From contig CAZRFU010000001.1 in the NCBI GenBank assembly GCA_964599475.1, positions 33,828-97,827 on the forward strand: a DNA stretch of 64,000 nt. The letters run 5' to 3'. This document shows positions 40,173-51,450 of this stretch, piece by piece (the first letter of the stretch is position 1; the number at the start of each line of letters is the position of its first letter). Source of the stretch: an uncultured Thermoanaerobaculia bacterium. Lineage in GTDB: Bacteria > Acidobacteriota > Thermoanaerobaculia > Multivoradales > CAZRFU01. Both the position numbers and the translations under genes were made by a program. The notes beneath the pieces are model-generated. The model made no database searches, was not told where the DNA came from, and was given only the letters and a program-made list of their open reading frames with translations.

Positions 40173-40976
40173 TTGGGAATGAGGATGGAGGCCCTGGCGT
40201 GTCGCCGGGGCCTTCGCTTTTGCGGGGCTGCCTTCGACGGAGCGTTGCTGGCTCATGTGGCAGGCGGGCTCACCGACTGCGAGAGCCTCCGTCTCCGGCA
40301 GGCGGGCGTGCGCGTGCGATGGCCCGGTGCCCGGATACCCGCCGACCTCGAGGTCGAAGCTACTAGCGGGGCGCCCGCCGAGGATCGTTCGGCGAATCTC
40401 ATCGCCGCGGCGAGGCGCTGGTTTCGCGACCGCCCTCTGGTCGGCGGGGTGCTGGTGGGCGGTGCCAGTCGGCGCATGGGCCGGGACAAGGCACTGCTTC
40501 CTTGGGGGCGAGGTCGTTGGATCGACCGGCAGGTGCGTACTCTGGCCCGTGTCGCCGACGAAACGTTCCTCGCCGGGAGGCCGATCGATCCTCACCCGGG
40601 CCTGGCGGACGCCGATGGCTCGGGTCCGCTCGCGGGAATCTGGGCGCTGGCCCAGGCCCGCCCCTTGGCCACCCTGCTGGTCGTGGCTGTGGACCAGCCG
40701 CTGCTGACGGCCTCCGCGCTCCGGTGGCTGCGCCGTCAGCGGCGGGTCGGGACCGACGTAGTCCTGCCGCAGCTGCATGGCAGGCTTGCTCCCTTGCCGA
40801 TCGTGATCGAGCCGCCAGCCTTCGCGGCGTTGGGGCGCCTGGCGCGCGCTGGCAGGGGGCCTCGAGCGCTGCTGGAGGTCGCGACCGTCAGCCACCCTGA
40901 GGTGCCCCAGCGTTTCGTCCGGTCGTGGCGCGACTTCGACGCCCAAACGGACCTCGCCACGTTTGGGCTCGGCTGA
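40173..40976 (+). CDS. mobA: Molybdenum cofactor guanylyltransferase MobA-like (NTP_transf_3)
   Basis: The motifs LVGGASRRMGRDKALL and AVDQP are present. The MobA core starts around aa 88. The roughly 85-aa N-terminal extension is not MobA-like, so the true start may be the in-frame GTG at 40449. Confidence 0.6.
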   Translation: MGMRMEALACRRGLRFCGAAFDGALLAHVAGGLTDCESLRLRQAGVRVRWPGARIPADLEVEATSGAPAEDRSANLIAAARRWFRDRPLVGGVLVGGASRRMGRDKALLPWGRGRWIDRQVRTLARVADETFLAGRPIDPHPGLADADGSGPLAGIWALAQARPLATLLVVAVDQPLLTASALRWLRRQRRVGTDVVLPQLHGRLAPLPIVIEPPAFAALGRLARAGRGPRALLEVATVSHPEVPQRFVRSWRDFDAQTDLATFGLG

Positions 40977-41032
40977 GCGCGGATCTTCTCGGCCGGGGCT
41001 CAGGACGGAGGGGTGCATGGGGAGCTGCTAAA

Positions 41033-44000
41033 ATGATCTCGATGACAACCTCCCCAGGGGCTGCTCCGGTAACGCTGGCCTGCCCGGCGTGCTCGAAACG
41101 GTTGCGGGTTCGACTCGACGGCACGGATGCCGAGCGCGTTCGGGTCCGTTGTCCGCAGTGTACCCATTCCTTCGTCGTGCGCCGGCGGCCCGCTTCGGAG
41201 CAGGCCCCGTCCGCTGCCTCACCCGTGGCGACCGAGTGGTCGCAGACCGCCGGTGCCGGCGGGTCGACCCCGGCTGACCTGCCGACTCACGCCTTTGTCA
41301 AGGCATCGTCCTCGACCCCCGCGTCAGGAGCGGAGGGCGGCGGTGACAGTCGCGCGTTTGCGATCGGAGAGCTCGTCGCCGACCGCTGGCGCATCGTCCG
41401 CTTCATCGCCCGCGGGGGCATGGGTGAGGTCTACGAAGCGGAGGACACGGCGCTCAAGGAGATCGTAGCCCTCAAGACGGTGTTGCCCGAGATCGCCGCG
41501 AACGATCGGGCGATCGAACGCTTCACCCGCGAGGTCTCGGTGGCTCGGCAGGTCACGCATCGCAACGTCTGCCGCATCCACGACCTCGGCACCCACCGCT
41601 CGACCTCGGCCATCGCGGCGCGGTACCCCAAAGGTGAAATCCCATTCGTGACGATGGAGATGCTGCGCGGAGAGCCGCTGTCGGCGCGGCTCGTTCGCGG
41701 CCGCTTCAGTCCCGAGGATGCGCTTCCCTTGGTCCGCCAGATGGCGGCGGGGCTGGACGCAGCTCATGCCGTGGGGATCGTCCACCGCGACTTCAAAGGG
41801 GGCAACGTCATTCTCGAGCCGGCCGCGGATGGCGTGCGTGCCGTGGTCACGGATTTCGGTCTCGCCCGCGGCATCCAGGCGGATGGGCGGTTCTCGGCCA
41901 CCGTCACCATGGGTGATGGCCTGTTGGGATCGCCGGCGTACATGGCACCGGAGCAGGTCGACGGGCGAACCGCCGGGCCGCGTGCCGACGTCTATGCCTT
42001 CGGCACCGTGGTCTACGAGATGGTGACCGGGAGCTTGCCTTTTCGGGCCGACAACCCGCTCGCAACCGCAATCAAGCGGTTGACCGAAAACCCCATCCCA
42101 CCCCGTGATGTGCGGCCGGATCTCGACGATCGCTGGGAACGGGCGCTGCTGCGCGCGCTCGACCGCAGCCCCGACGCGCGCTTCGCCTCGGCGGGAGAGC
42201 TGGTTGCGGCGCTCGAGGGGCGCCTCGAAGAGCCGCCGACGAAGGAGGAGATCGAAGCTGCCGCCCGCCGCCCCCCGCCAAAGCGGCTGGCGCTCGCCGT
42301 GCTGGCCGGGGTGCTGGTCGCGGGCGCATTCTTCGCGTGGTTCAACGTGTGGCAGCGCCGGCAGGCCGCCGAGCCCATCGAAGCCGGCTTGACCATTCCG
42401 ACCACTGCTCGCAGCACCGTGGCGGTGCTCGGCTTTGCCTCGCTGTCGGAGGATTCGGAGCTCGACTGGCTCGACACAGCGCTGGCGGAGATGATGGCGT
42501 CGGAGCTGTCGCGCGGCAGCGGTGTGCGGCTGGTCCCGTCCGAATCGGTGGCAAGGTTTCTGCGCGAGAGCTCGATCGAGGACGTGCGGACGCTGTCGGC
42601 CGAGACGCTCACGCGCGTCCGCTCCTCGTTGGGGGCCGACTACGTGCTGATCGGCACGTTTGCCTCGATCGGGGCACCGCCCGACCGGCAACTGCGTATC
42701 GATGCCAAGCTCCAGGATACTCGTGCCGAAGGACGAGGCGGGGCAGCGGCCGCAACCGCGCCCGAAAACGAGGTGTTCGGACTGGTTGCCAAGCTCGGCT
42801 CGGAATTGCGTACGAGTCTGGGCCTCGAGCAGCTCGCCGCCGGACCCCAGCCGACCGATGTGAGCGCAGAACGCGCGTATGCCGAAGGCCTCGAGCGGCT
42901 GCACGCCTTCGACTACGCGGGAGCGCGGGACCGTCTCGTGGCGGCGGTCGAGGCGGTCCCCGCCGAGCCTCGCTATCACGGCGCGTTGGCGCGGGCTTGG
43001 ATGGCTCTCGGCTATGGCGAGCGAGCGGCCGGTGAGGTCGACCTTGCGCTCGAGGGGAGGGGGACGCTGGCTCCCGGGGAGATCGCGCAGCTCGAGATCC
43101 TGCGCCTCGAAGCTCGCGGCAAGACGGGCGAGGCGGCGACGGCGGCTCACGAGCTGTGGAGAGCAAATCCCGACGATGTCGACGCCGGCCTGGCGGCGGC
43201 GCGGCTGCTCGAGGCCGCCGGGCGCGGCGTCGAGGCTGGGCCGCTGCTGCAGGTTCTCGAACGTCTGCCTTCGTCGGCGGCTGCGGATCCACGGATCGCC
43301 TTGGCGAAGGCACGCCTGTTCGCCGCGTCGGGAGACTTCCGCAAGCAGCTGGCGGCCGCCACGGCCGCGAGAGAGGCAGCCGAGGCCGTGGGGGCGCCAG
43401 GGGTCGCGGCGCGGGCGTTGCTCGCCGAGTCCGAAGCGCAGCGCCAGCTGGGCGAGGTGCCGGCAGCACGGTCGACCGTCGAGCGTGCCCGCGACCTTCT
43501 GCGGCAGGTTGGCGACACGCCCGGAGCGATCGCGGCGATGACCCAGGGTGGGGCGTTGGCCTTCCAGGCGGCCGACCTCGCCGGAGCCAAACGACTGTTC
43601 ACGGAGGCACTGGCCGCCGCGCGTGAGCTTGGAGATCGACGCGCAGAGTTGTCGATTCGCAACAATCTGGCGGTGGTGACGCGGCAACTCGGCGAGGTCG
43701 AAGCCGCCGATCGTGAATACCAGGCCTTGATTGCGATTGCAGAAGAAACCGGCGACCGGTATGCCTTGGTGCAGGGATACGTCAACCGCGGGGCGACCCT
43801 GGTGCATCGCGGCAGGCTGGCCGAGGCCAAGACGCTGTTCTTGGCGGCTCGGCCGCTGGCAGACCAGCTCGGCGATCGTTCGCTCGTCGCCTCGACTCGT
43901 GCGAGTCTGGCTCTGGCGGCGCGGCGGATGGGTGACCTGACGACGGCGAGTGCCGAGCAGGAGGCGGCCCTCGCGACTCGCAGGGAGATCGGCCAGAAGG

Positions 44001-44725
44001 CAGCGGAGAGCTCGTCCCTGGTCGACATCGGCTGGGTAGCGTTTCTGCGCGGCGAGCTCGAGTCCGCTGAAGGCTCGTGGAATGAGGCCCTCGAGATCGC
44101 GCGAGAGGTTGGTGCGAAGCGGTTCGAGGCCGGAGCCTTGGACGGGCTGGGTCGATTGGCAGCGGTGCGCGGTGATCAGGTGAGGACGCGGGAGCGCCAT
44201 GAGGAGGCGCTGGCTCTGCGTCGCGAGAGCGGCGATCCGGTGTTGGTGGCCGAAAGCCGACTGGCCCTGGCCAAGCTCGATCTGGACCAGGGCCAACGCG
44301 AAGACGCGCAGTTGACCCTTGGGGAACTGATTCCGGAGCTGCGTCGCCTGGGGGCCATCGACTCGGCAGCGGAGGCTGAAGCGGCGCTCGCGATGGCCGC
44401 GCTCAGCAGCCGGAGGACCTCCGAGGCCCGCGCTTCGGTGGAGTCCGCGGCGGCTCGACTGACGCAGAGTCAGAATGTGCTGGTAGAGCACGATGTGACC
44501 GTGGCGAGTGCCCGGGTCGCAGCAGCGCTCGATCGCGATGCCGAAGCGCGGCGCCAACTCGAACAGGCCGCCGAACGGGCGAGGTCGCGCGGGTTGGTGG
44601 GTCAGGAGCTCGAGGCCGAGTGGTATCTCGGTCAGCTCGAAGGAGGCGTGGCTGGGACGCGGCGGCTGGACGAGGTCAAGCGCCGTGCCGCAGAGCTCGG
44701 CTACCGCATCTGGGCCGGCGCCTGA
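41033..44725 (+). CDS. Ser/Thr protein kinase with an N-terminal zinc ribbon, a TM segment and a large C-terminal TPR region
   Basis: The start is ATG at 41033. The N-terminus contains CPAC...CPQC. Hanks kinase motifs are present (GGMGEVYEA, VALK, HRDFKGGN, DFGLAR, APE). A TM helix near aa 430 is followed by about 700 aa of TPR-like repeats. Confidence 0.8.
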   Translation: MISMTTSPGAAPVTLACPACSKRLRVRLDGTDAERVRVRCPQCTHSFVVRRRPASEQAPSAASPVATEWSQTAGAGGSTPADLPTHAFVKASSSTPASGAEGGGDSRAFAIGELVADRWRIVRFIARGGMGEVYEAEDTALKEIVALKTVLPEIAANDRAIERFTREVSVARQVTHRNVCRIHDLGTHRSTSAIAARYPKGEIPFVTMEMLRGEPLSARLVRGRFSPEDALPLVRQMAAGLDAAHAVGIVHRDFKGGNVILEPAADGVRAVVTDFGLARGIQADGRFSATVTMGDGLLGSPAYMAPEQVDGRTAGPRADVYAFGTVVYEMVTGSLPFRADNPLATAIKRLTENPIPPRDVRPDLDDRWERALLRALDRSPDARFASAGELVAALEGRLEEPPTKEEIEAAARRPPPKRLALAVLAGVLVAGAFFAWFNVWQRRQAAEPIEAGLTIPTTARSTVAVLGFASLSEDSELDWLDTALAEMMASELSRGSGVRLVPSESVARFLRESSIEDVRTLSAETLTRVRSSLGADYVLIGTFASIGAPPDRQLRIDAKLQDTRAEGRGGAAAATAPENEVFGLVAKLGSELRTSLGLEQLAAGPQPTDVSAERAYAEGLERLHAFDYAGARDRLVAAVEAVPAEPRYHGALARAWMALGYGERAAGEVDLALEGRGTLAPGEIAQLEILRLEARGKTGEAATAAHELWRANPDDVDAGLAAARLLEAAGRGVEAGPLLQVLERLPSSAAADPRIALAKARLFAASGDFRKQLAAATAAREAAEAVGAPGVAARALLAESEAQRQLGEVPAARSTVERARDLLRQVGDTPGAIAAMTQGGALAFQAADLAGAKRLFTEALAAARELGDRRAELSIRNNLAVVTRQLGEVEAADREYQALIAIAEETGDRYALVQGYVNRGATLVHRGRLAEAKTLFLAARPLADQLGDRSLVASTRASLALAARRMGDLTTASAEQEAALATRREIGQKAAESSSLVDIGWVAFLRGELESAEGSWNEALEIAREVGAKRFEAGALDGLGRLAAVRGDQVRTRERHEEALALRRESGDPVLVAESRLALAKLDLDQGQREDAQLTLGELIPELRRLGAIDSAAEAEAALAMAALSSRRTSEARASVESAAARLTQSQNVLVEHDVTVASARVAAALDRDAEARRQLEQAAERARSRGLVGQELEAEWYLGQLEGGVAGTRRLDEVKRRAAELGYRIWAGA

Positions 44726-44735
44726 CTCGCTTGGT

Positions 44736-45302
44736 CTACTCGTCGGCCGCTTCGGCGGTCAGGGCCTCGATCCCACGCCGAAACTCTTCGAGACGCCGAT
44801 TCCACACCGCGGAATCGGCAGGCACCGGGACGCGGGCTGCCGGGCCGAGGCGGATCGGGCCGGTGGTCGGGGCCGGCGTCGGGATGTCGATGGGGCGGGT
44901 TCGGGCGGACCTCTGCGCCTTCCAGAGGCCTTCGTCCCAGATGCCGCGCTGGTGCATCCGAGCTTCGCGCTCGGCGGCGCGAAGGTCTGCGTCGTCGTGC
45001 CCGGCCCACCCGAAGCCGCCGCGCACGATCTCGACCGCCAGATCGCGGCCGTCGGCGGTGAGGAAGCGAGTACGGCCGGAGACCGTCGCAATCGCGATCA
45101 CTGAGCCCCTCCATGCCTGGGCGAGCTCGCTGAAGCTGCGCCCGAGCAGTGCCGGCTCGGTGGACCTCGCCGTCGGCGCGAAAACCCCATCGACCGGTAC
45201 CGCGGCGGCGGTTCCGGAACAGCTCAACACGACCCGGTCCGGCGACGGAAGGTGGTCGACCGAGCAGGCAACGGCAGCAGTCAGCAGAACAATGGGCAAC
45301 AT
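44736..45302 (-). CDS. Secreted thermonuclease (SNase)-like protein
   Basis: The start is ATG at 45302 with a signal peptide ([14 protein letters not shown]). The C-terminal block [18 protein letters not shown] resembles the SNase catalytic end. The upstream part of the 501-aa track ORF is antisense to the nitroreductase gene and was rejected. Confidence 0.55.
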   Translation of the reverse strand: MLPIVLLTAAVACSVDHLPSPDRVVLSCSGTAAAVPVDGVFAPTARSTEPALLGRSFSELAQAWRGSVIAIATVSGRTRFLTADGRDLAVEIVRGGFGWAGHDDADLRAAEREARMHQRGIWDEGLWKAQRSARTRPIDIPTPAPTTGPIRLGPAARVPVPADSAVWNRRLEEFRRGIEALTAEAADE

Positions 45303-45461
45303 AACGGCTCCTCCTTGGGGCAGAATCGGGACGTGTCGTTGGTCGAGGCAGATTCCCCATCGACAAGAAACGCCAAAAACCGCGGAGATTGCGCAGTGAC
45401 TTCGAGCCCGGACCACGAGCTCCCGGCGAGTGCCTTCTGGCGCGAGTATCCGGAGACCGAG

Positions 45462-46091
45462 ATGCTCGAACGCATTCGCGCGTTCGAAGGGGACCTGCTG
45501 CGTCGGCGCTCGATTCGGGCCTTCGATTCGCGACCGGTGAGCCGCGAGATCATCGAGCGAGCGCTGCGGGCTGCCGCCAGCGCCCCGAACGGGGCCAACA
45601 TGCAGCCGTGGCACTTCGTGGTCGTTGGCGATCCGGCGATCAAACGAAGGCTTCGGGAGGCGGCCGAGGCCGAGGAACGGGAGTTCTACGAACGCCGTGC
45701 CTCTGAGGAATGGCTCGAGGCGCTGGCGCCGCTCGGCACGGATGCCCACAAGCCCTTCCTCGAACATGCCCCGTGGCTGATCGCGATCTTCGCCCAGTTG
45801 TCCGGTCGCGAGCCCGACGGAGCGGTGCGCAAGCACTACTACGTCAACGAAAGTGTCGGCATCGCGACCGGGATGTTGATCACCGGCCTGCACCACGCGG
45901 GGCTCGCAACATTGACCCACACCCCCTCTCCGATGCGATTCATGAACGAGATCCTGGGCCGGCCGGCCCACGAGAAGCCGTTCCTCCTGCTGGTCGTCGG
46001 ATACCCAGCGGCCGACGCGACGGTCCCCAAACACGCGGTGGAGAAGAGACCGCTGGCCGAGATCGCGACCTTCCTGGAGCGCTGCGACTGA
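45462..46091 (+). CDS. Nitroreductase-family flavoprotein
   Basis: The sequence [41 protein letters not shown] is a classic nitroreductase N-terminus. The start is uncertain (45462 ATG or an upstream GTG). Confidence 0.75.
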   Translation: MLERIRAFEGDLLRRRSIRAFDSRPVSREIIERALRAAASAPNGANMQPWHFVVVGDPAIKRRLREAAEAEEREFYERRASEEWLEALAPLGTDAHKPFLEHAPWLIAIFAQLSGREPDGAVRKHYYVNESVGIATGMLITGLHHAGLATLTHTPSPMRFMNEILGRPAHEKPFLLLVVGYPAADATVPKHAVEKRPLAEIATFLERCD

Positions 46092-46126
46092 GGATCCGCC
46101 CGGGGCTCGTGCAAGGTATCTGCGCC

Positions 46127-46222
46127 CGATACCCCCTGCTTCCGTCCCTGATCCCTGGTCCCGGTCCCTGGTCCCTTCCGCTCCGTCCGATACCCGATAC
46201 CCGATACCCAGTACCCGATACC
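46127..46222. repeat. Tandem array of GGTCCCT / GATACCC units
   Basis: The sequence is gatccctggtcccggtccctggtccc ... cgatacccgatacccgatacccagtacccgatacc. Confidence 0.7.
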
Positions 46223-46295
46223 TTCCAGATAAACTAGCCATCAGGTCCGCCCGCGACCTCCCTCATTCCCTCCATCCATCCCCGCGGAGAAGTCC

Positions 46296-47822
46296 ATGAG
46301 CTCTGTCGACGTTGCTGCGTTGTTGTCGTCCCTTGGCCTCGAGGCCGAAAACCCCGGCGCCTTTTCGGACCGTTTCCTGCCCGGCAGGGGCGAGCGCCTC
46401 GAGTCGATCGATCCCTCGACCGGCAAGGTGATCGCCGCCGTGCGCATGGCATCGGCGGAGGACTACGAGGAGGTCGTGGCGGCGTCGGTGGCCGCCTTCG
46501 CCGCCTGGCGGGAGTGGCCGGCGCCGCGCCGCGGCGAGATCGTTCGCCAGATCGGCGATGCCCTGCGGACCCACAAGGACGCTCTCGGCGCGTTGGTTTC
46601 CCTCGAGGTCGGCAAGATCCTCTCGGAAGGCCTCGGGGAGGTCCAGGAGATGATCGACATGGCGGATCTCGCGGTCGGCATGTCGCGTCAGCTCTACGGC
46701 CTGACGATGCACTCCGAGCGTCCGCAGCACCGCATGTACGAGCAGTGGCATCCGCTCGGCCCTGTGGGGATCATCACGGCTTTCAATTTCCCGGTGGCGG
46801 TGTGGGCATGGAACGCGTTCGTGGCCGCGGTGTGCGGTGACTCGATGGTGTGGAAGCCGTCGGAGCTGGCGCCGCTGACGTCGATCGCGACGATGAAGAT
46901 CGCCCAGCAGGTGCTCGAGAAGAACGGCGCCCCGCCGATCTTCGGCCTGGTGATCGGTGACGGACCGACCATCGGCGAGCGCATGACCGCTGATCCGCGC
47001 TTCCCGCTGATTTCGGCAACCGGTTCGGTGCGCATGGGCAAGCGGGTCGGTGAGGTCGTCGCTGGCCGCCTCGGCCGGACCCTGCTCGAGCTCGGCGGCA
47101 ACAACGGCCTGATCGTGATGAACGATGCCGATCTCGATCTCGCCCTGCGGGCGGTGGCCTTCGGTGCGGTCGGGACCGCCGGCCAGCGTTGCACCACGAC
47201 TCGTCGCCTGTTCCTGCAGCGCGGCATCGCTGCCGACATGAAGCGGCGGCTGGCGGAGGCCTACCGCTCGGTACGGATCGGCCCTGCGACCGACCCGAAG
47301 ACCCTGATGGGGCCGCTGGTGACGGCGCGTGCGGTCGAGGGGTACCGCCACGCCATCGAGACCGCCAAGGCGCAGGGGGGGCGCGTGCTCGCCGGGGGCA
47401 AGGTGCTCGATCGCCCCGGGTTCTACGTCGAACCGACGCTGATCGAGGTGGATTCGATGTTGCCGATCACCTGTGAGGAGACCTTTGCGCCGATCCTCTA
47501 CCTGTTCGAGTTCGACAGCCTGGACGAGGCGATCGCGATGAACAACGGCGTGCCACAGGGCCTGTCGTCCTCGATCTTCACGCTCAACGTGCGCACCGCC
47601 GAGACCTTCCTGTCGGCGGCCGGCAGCGATTGTGGGATCGCCAACGTCAACATCGGCACGTCCGGCGCTGAGATTGGCGGCGCGTTCGGCGGCGAAAAGG
47701 AGACCGGCGGCGGCCGCGAGGCCGGTTCCGATTCGTGGAAGGCCTACATGCGGCGCCAGACCAACACCCTCAACTGGGGGACGGCATTGCCGCTGGCGCA
47801 GGGCGTCGAGTTCGATCTGTGA
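46296..47822 (+). CDS. Aldehyde dehydrogenase, ALDH7 (alpha-aminoadipic/piperideine-6-carboxylate semialdehyde dehydrogenase)-like
   Basis: The ALDH catalytic Cys (GQRCTT) and Glu (LELGGNN) are present. The overall pattern matches antiquitin-type enzymes (FNFPVAVWAWN). Confidence 0.85.
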   Translation: MSSVDVAALLSSLGLEAENPGAFSDRFLPGRGERLESIDPSTGKVIAAVRMASAEDYEEVVAASVAAFAAWREWPAPRRGEIVRQIGDALRTHKDALGALVSLEVGKILSEGLGEVQEMIDMADLAVGMSRQLYGLTMHSERPQHRMYEQWHPLGPVGIITAFNFPVAVWAWNAFVAAVCGDSMVWKPSELAPLTSIATMKIAQQVLEKNGAPPIFGLVIGDGPTIGERMTADPRFPLISATGSVRMGKRVGEVVAGRLGRTLLELGGNNGLIVMNDADLDLALRAVAFGAVGTAGQRCTTTRRLFLQRGIAADMKRRLAEAYRSVRIGPATDPKTLMGPLVTARAVEGYRHAIETAKAQGGRVLAGGKVLDRPGFYVEPTLIEVDSMLPITCEETFAPILYLFEFDSLDEAIAMNNGVPQGLSSSIFTLNVRTAETFLSAAGSDCGIANVNIGTSGAEIGGAFGGEKETGGGREAGSDSWKAYMRRQTNTLNWGTALPLAQGVEFDL

Positions 47823-47834
47823 GGTGGAGCGAAG

Positions 47835-47937
47835 AGGTACCGGGTACCGGGACCCGGGACCAGAGTGGGAGCCGGACCCATTCGGACGGAACCGGCCCGC
47901 GCTCCGACGAGTCCCCGGTCCCTGGTCCCTGGTCCCC
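47835..47937. repeat. Composite tandem array (GGTACCG/GGGACCC ... GGTCCCT)
   Basis: The sequence is ggtaccgggtaccgggacccgggacc ... ccggtccctggtccctggtcccc. Confidence 0.7.
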
Positions 47938-49728
47938 TTGACCTCCACGGCGGCCCTGGCTCCGGCGCTGCTGCTGGTCATCGTTGCATGCGCCGGCGGC
48001 TTGTGGACCGGGGCAACGGCTCTCGGCGCCGCCGTCGTTGGACTTGCCGTGGCAGCGGCGGTGGCCGCCTCGGGAGGGAGGCTGGCGGCTCCCGTCGGGC
48101 CTGGCTCCGGGTGGGTGAGTATCGTTGTCCCTGCGGTGTGGCTCGTCGCCACCTTGGAATCGCCGGTTCCGCGTGCTGCGCTCGGGAGCTGGGTCGTGCT
48201 CCCGAGTCTGCTGGTGGTGCCGAGTCTGGTTGCGGCGGCGTGTGAACGCGGCTCGAGGGTCGTGGCGGGGGCGATCGGCGCATCGGCAAGCCTGCTCGGG
48301 GCGGCGGCGTTGGCCGAGGCGATGTGGAGCGGAGGTCCGGTGGCGATGCCTCTCGGCCACCATCTGCTGCTGGCAGCGGTGTTGCTCGGGACTTGGCCGG
48401 CCTGGTGGCTCGCGACCGTCGGCTGGTCCTGGTCGACGCGAGCTCTTGGGGCCGCACCCGCGGTCGTGGCCATCATCGCCACAGAGTCGATCGCGGCGCT
48501 GCTGCTGCTGGGCGTGCAGATCGCTTGGCTGGCGCGGACCAGGCGCTGGGCGGCCATCGCGATTGCGGTGGCCGGCATCGCTGCGATCGGGAGCGCGCGC
48601 CTCGTGACGATGGTGCAAGGGGTCGATCTGTCGACGCTGGCGCGTTGGCGTTACCTGCAGGCGGGATGGAGGGGAGTGTTGGACTCGCCGTGGTGGGGCC
48701 ACGGTCCCGGCAGCACTGCGTGGTTGATAGGAAACTTCGGCGCTGCGGCGCCGGGTGAGCTGGTCGGCGATCTGCACAGCGCCTTCCTGACCATGGCCTT
48801 CGAGCTCGGTCTGGTGGGGCTGATCGCGATGGTGCTGGTGGCGTGCGCCGCACTGCGGCGCTGTCGGTGGGGCTCGGATCTTGCTCCCGTGATCGGCATC
48901 GCCGGCTTCCTGCTCCTCGAACCCACCTTTTCGTCGCCGGCGCCCTGGATCGTGCTGAGCGTGGCGGGGGGCCTCGCTCTGGCGCCTCACCCGGTGCCCG
49001 GCTCGTGGCGCCGGTGGCTCGGACCGGCGGTGGCAGTCGTCCTGTGCGCTGTCGCGGGGCCGGTGCTGCTCGGCCAGTGGTTCTGGGATCGGGCGGTGAC
49101 TGCCGCAGACTCGCCAACGGCGCTGAGCTCGCTGCGCCGTGCCGCGGAGCTCGACCCACGGCATCCGCTGTACGCTTGGCGGCTTGCAGTCGAAGCCGGC
49201 GACGCCGAGGCGGCGGCCACGGCGGCAACGAAGGCCAACGGCATCGCCGCCCTCCACCTCGGCGCAGCCGCGCTCGAACCGGAGAGCGGCGACGCACTCG
49301 GCCGGGCACGCCAGCTCGATCCGAGCGACCCGTTTGCGGCGTGGCTCGAGGCTCAGACTCTGGGTGACGGCGCGGCGGCGGTCGAGTCGCTGGCGGTGGC
49401 GCTGCAGGGGGAGCCGCGGTTGCTGGCAGCACCTGCGATCCTGCTCGTTCCCGAGGCGACCCGCGTGGCGATCTCCCGACTGGTGGCGGATCCGAGTCTC
49501 GATCCGGGGTGGCGTACGCGCCTGCGTGAGGTCGCCCGGGTATTTCCCGAGGCCGGTGATGGATTGCTGCGCCGCCGCGCCGATGCCGAGCCGGCGACGA
49601 GCCTGTCGCTGCTGCTGTTTCGCCGCCGACCCTGGCCGGTGGAGCTTGTGCAGGTGCCGGTGGATCTCGATCTGGCCGAGAGCCTCGGCCTTGGACCGGC
49701 CTCATCTGCTTCGGTCAAATCGCGGTAG
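47938..49728 (+). CDS. O-antigen ligase/polymerase (Wzy_C)-like membrane protein with a C-terminal TPR-like tail
   Basis: Multi-TM. The Wzy_C-like periplasmic loop is GHGPGSTAWLIGNFGAAAPGELVGDLHSAFLTMAFELGLVGL. The start was placed at the in-frame TTG at 47938 just after the repeat; the track ORF begins inside the repeat. Confidence 0.5.
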   Translation: MTSTAALAPALLLVIVACAGGLWTGATALGAAVVGLAVAAAVAASGGRLAAPVGPGSGWVSIVVPAVWLVATLESPVPRAALGSWVVLPSLLVVPSLVAAACERGSRVVAGAIGASASLLGAAALAEAMWSGGPVAMPLGHHLLLAAVLLGTWPAWWLATVGWSWSTRALGAAPAVVAIIATESIAALLLLGVQIAWLARTRRWAAIAIAVAGIAAIGSARLVTMVQGVDLSTLARWRYLQAGWRGVLDSPWWGHGPGSTAWLIGNFGAAAPGELVGDLHSAFLTMAFELGLVGLIAMVLVACAALRRCRWGSDLAPVIGIAGFLLLEPTFSSPAPWIVLSVAGGLALAPHPVPGSWRRWLGPAVAVVLCAVAGPVLLGQWFWDRAVTAADSPTALSSLRRAAELDPRHPLYAWRLAVEAGDAEAAATAATKANGIAALHLGAAALEPESGDALGRARQLDPSDPFAAWLEAQTLGDGAAAVESLAVALQGEPRLLAAPAILLVPEATRVAISRLVADPSLDPGWRTRLREVARVFPEAGDGLLRRRADAEPATSLSLLLFRRRPWPVELVQVPVDLDLAESLGLGPASSASVKSR

Positions 49729-49737
49729 GCTCTGGAC

Positions 49738-50531
<794 letters not shown>

Positions 50532-50532
<1 letters not shown>

Positions 50533-51029
50533 TGCGGGTGACGATCGTCGCGGCGATTGCCGCCAACGGGGTGATCGGGCGCGACGGTGGTCTGCCGTGG
50601 CGGCTGCCGAGCGACCTCGCCCACTTCAAGCGCCTGACCATGGGGCACACGCTGGTGATGGGGCGGCGAACCTGGGAGTCGATCGGGCGGGCGTTGCCGG
50701 GTCGACGAACGTTCGTCGTCAGCCGCCGCGGTGTCGACGCTCCGGGCGGAGTCGTCGTTGTCGACAGCCTGCTGGAGGCGCTCGCGCAAGCCCGGGCGTG
50801 CGGCGAGGAGGAGGTTTTCTTCGTCGGCGGCGCCGCGCTGTACCGAGAGGGCCTTGCACTTGCGGACCGCATGGTGATCAGCTGGGTCGACGGTGAGGCC
50901 GTCGGCGATACCACGTTCCCTGAAGTCGCGTGGGATCGCTGGCACGAGGTCGAACGAGTCCGCTCCGAGCCTGCAGCTGGGGACGAGAGAGCCTTCAGCG
51001 TCGTTTCCTACGAGCGGTACCCCAGCTGA
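50532..51029 (+). CDS. folA: Dihydrofolate reductase
   Basis: The motifs IGRDGGLPW and LVMGRRTWESIG are present. The ATG overlaps the thyA stop (ATGA). Confidence 0.9.
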
Positions 51030-51043
51030 GGGAGAAAGCGACC

Positions 51044-51072
51044 CTTGCGCCGCCGAAGCTTCCGCGCTATAG
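51044..51072 (+). promoter_or_regulatory. Sigma-70-like promoter upstream of tRNA-Lys/tRNA-Leu (and possibly the tig-clpP-clpX-lon unit)
   Basis: The TTGCGC box, a 17-nt spacer and TATAGT end 14 nt before tRNA-Lys. Confidence 0.45.
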
Positions 51073-51086
51073 TCGACGGCTCGTTG

Positions 51087-51162
51087 GGGCCGCTAGCTCA
51101 ACTGGCAGAGCAACAGACTCTTAATCTGTGGGTTCTAGGTTCGATTCCTAGGCGGCTCACCA
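51087..51162 (+). tRNA. tRNA-Lys (anticodon CTT)
   Basis: A cloverleaf was folded by hand. The anticodon loop is CTCTTAA and the T-loop is GGTTCGATTCC. CCA is encoded. Confidence 0.85.
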
Positions 51163-51265
51163 TCCAACGCTTCTTCCGGCCCGGTCGGCCGACCCTGTCG
51201 CCTCGACGGCACGGGCGGCAGCCGGGCCGTTCGTTTCTCTGCAGCTCGCCCGTCCCCCGGGCTTC

Positions 51266-51352
<87 letters not shown>

Positions 51353-51450
51353 GAGTTCCCGCACGATTTCCACTCCACAGCTCTCGGACCCGGTCGTCGG
51401 TGTGATCGCCGGACCTCCTTCGAGCCGATTCCTTCAGGGGTAGTCCACCG

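Noticed and set aside
40173-40448. N-terminal 92 codons of the MobA ORF as genuine coding sequence
   Set aside because: They are not MobA-like and would make the protein about 85 aa longer than typical MobA. An in-frame GTG at 40449 directly precedes the conserved GG(A/S)SRRMG motif. It was kept in the reported span but flagged as doubtful.
44736-46241. 501-aa minus-strand ORF
   Set aside because: Its N-terminal 300 aa or so are antisense to the clear nitroreductase gene and run into the repeat array. Only the C-terminal 188 aa (SNase-like, with its own ATG and signal peptide) were kept.
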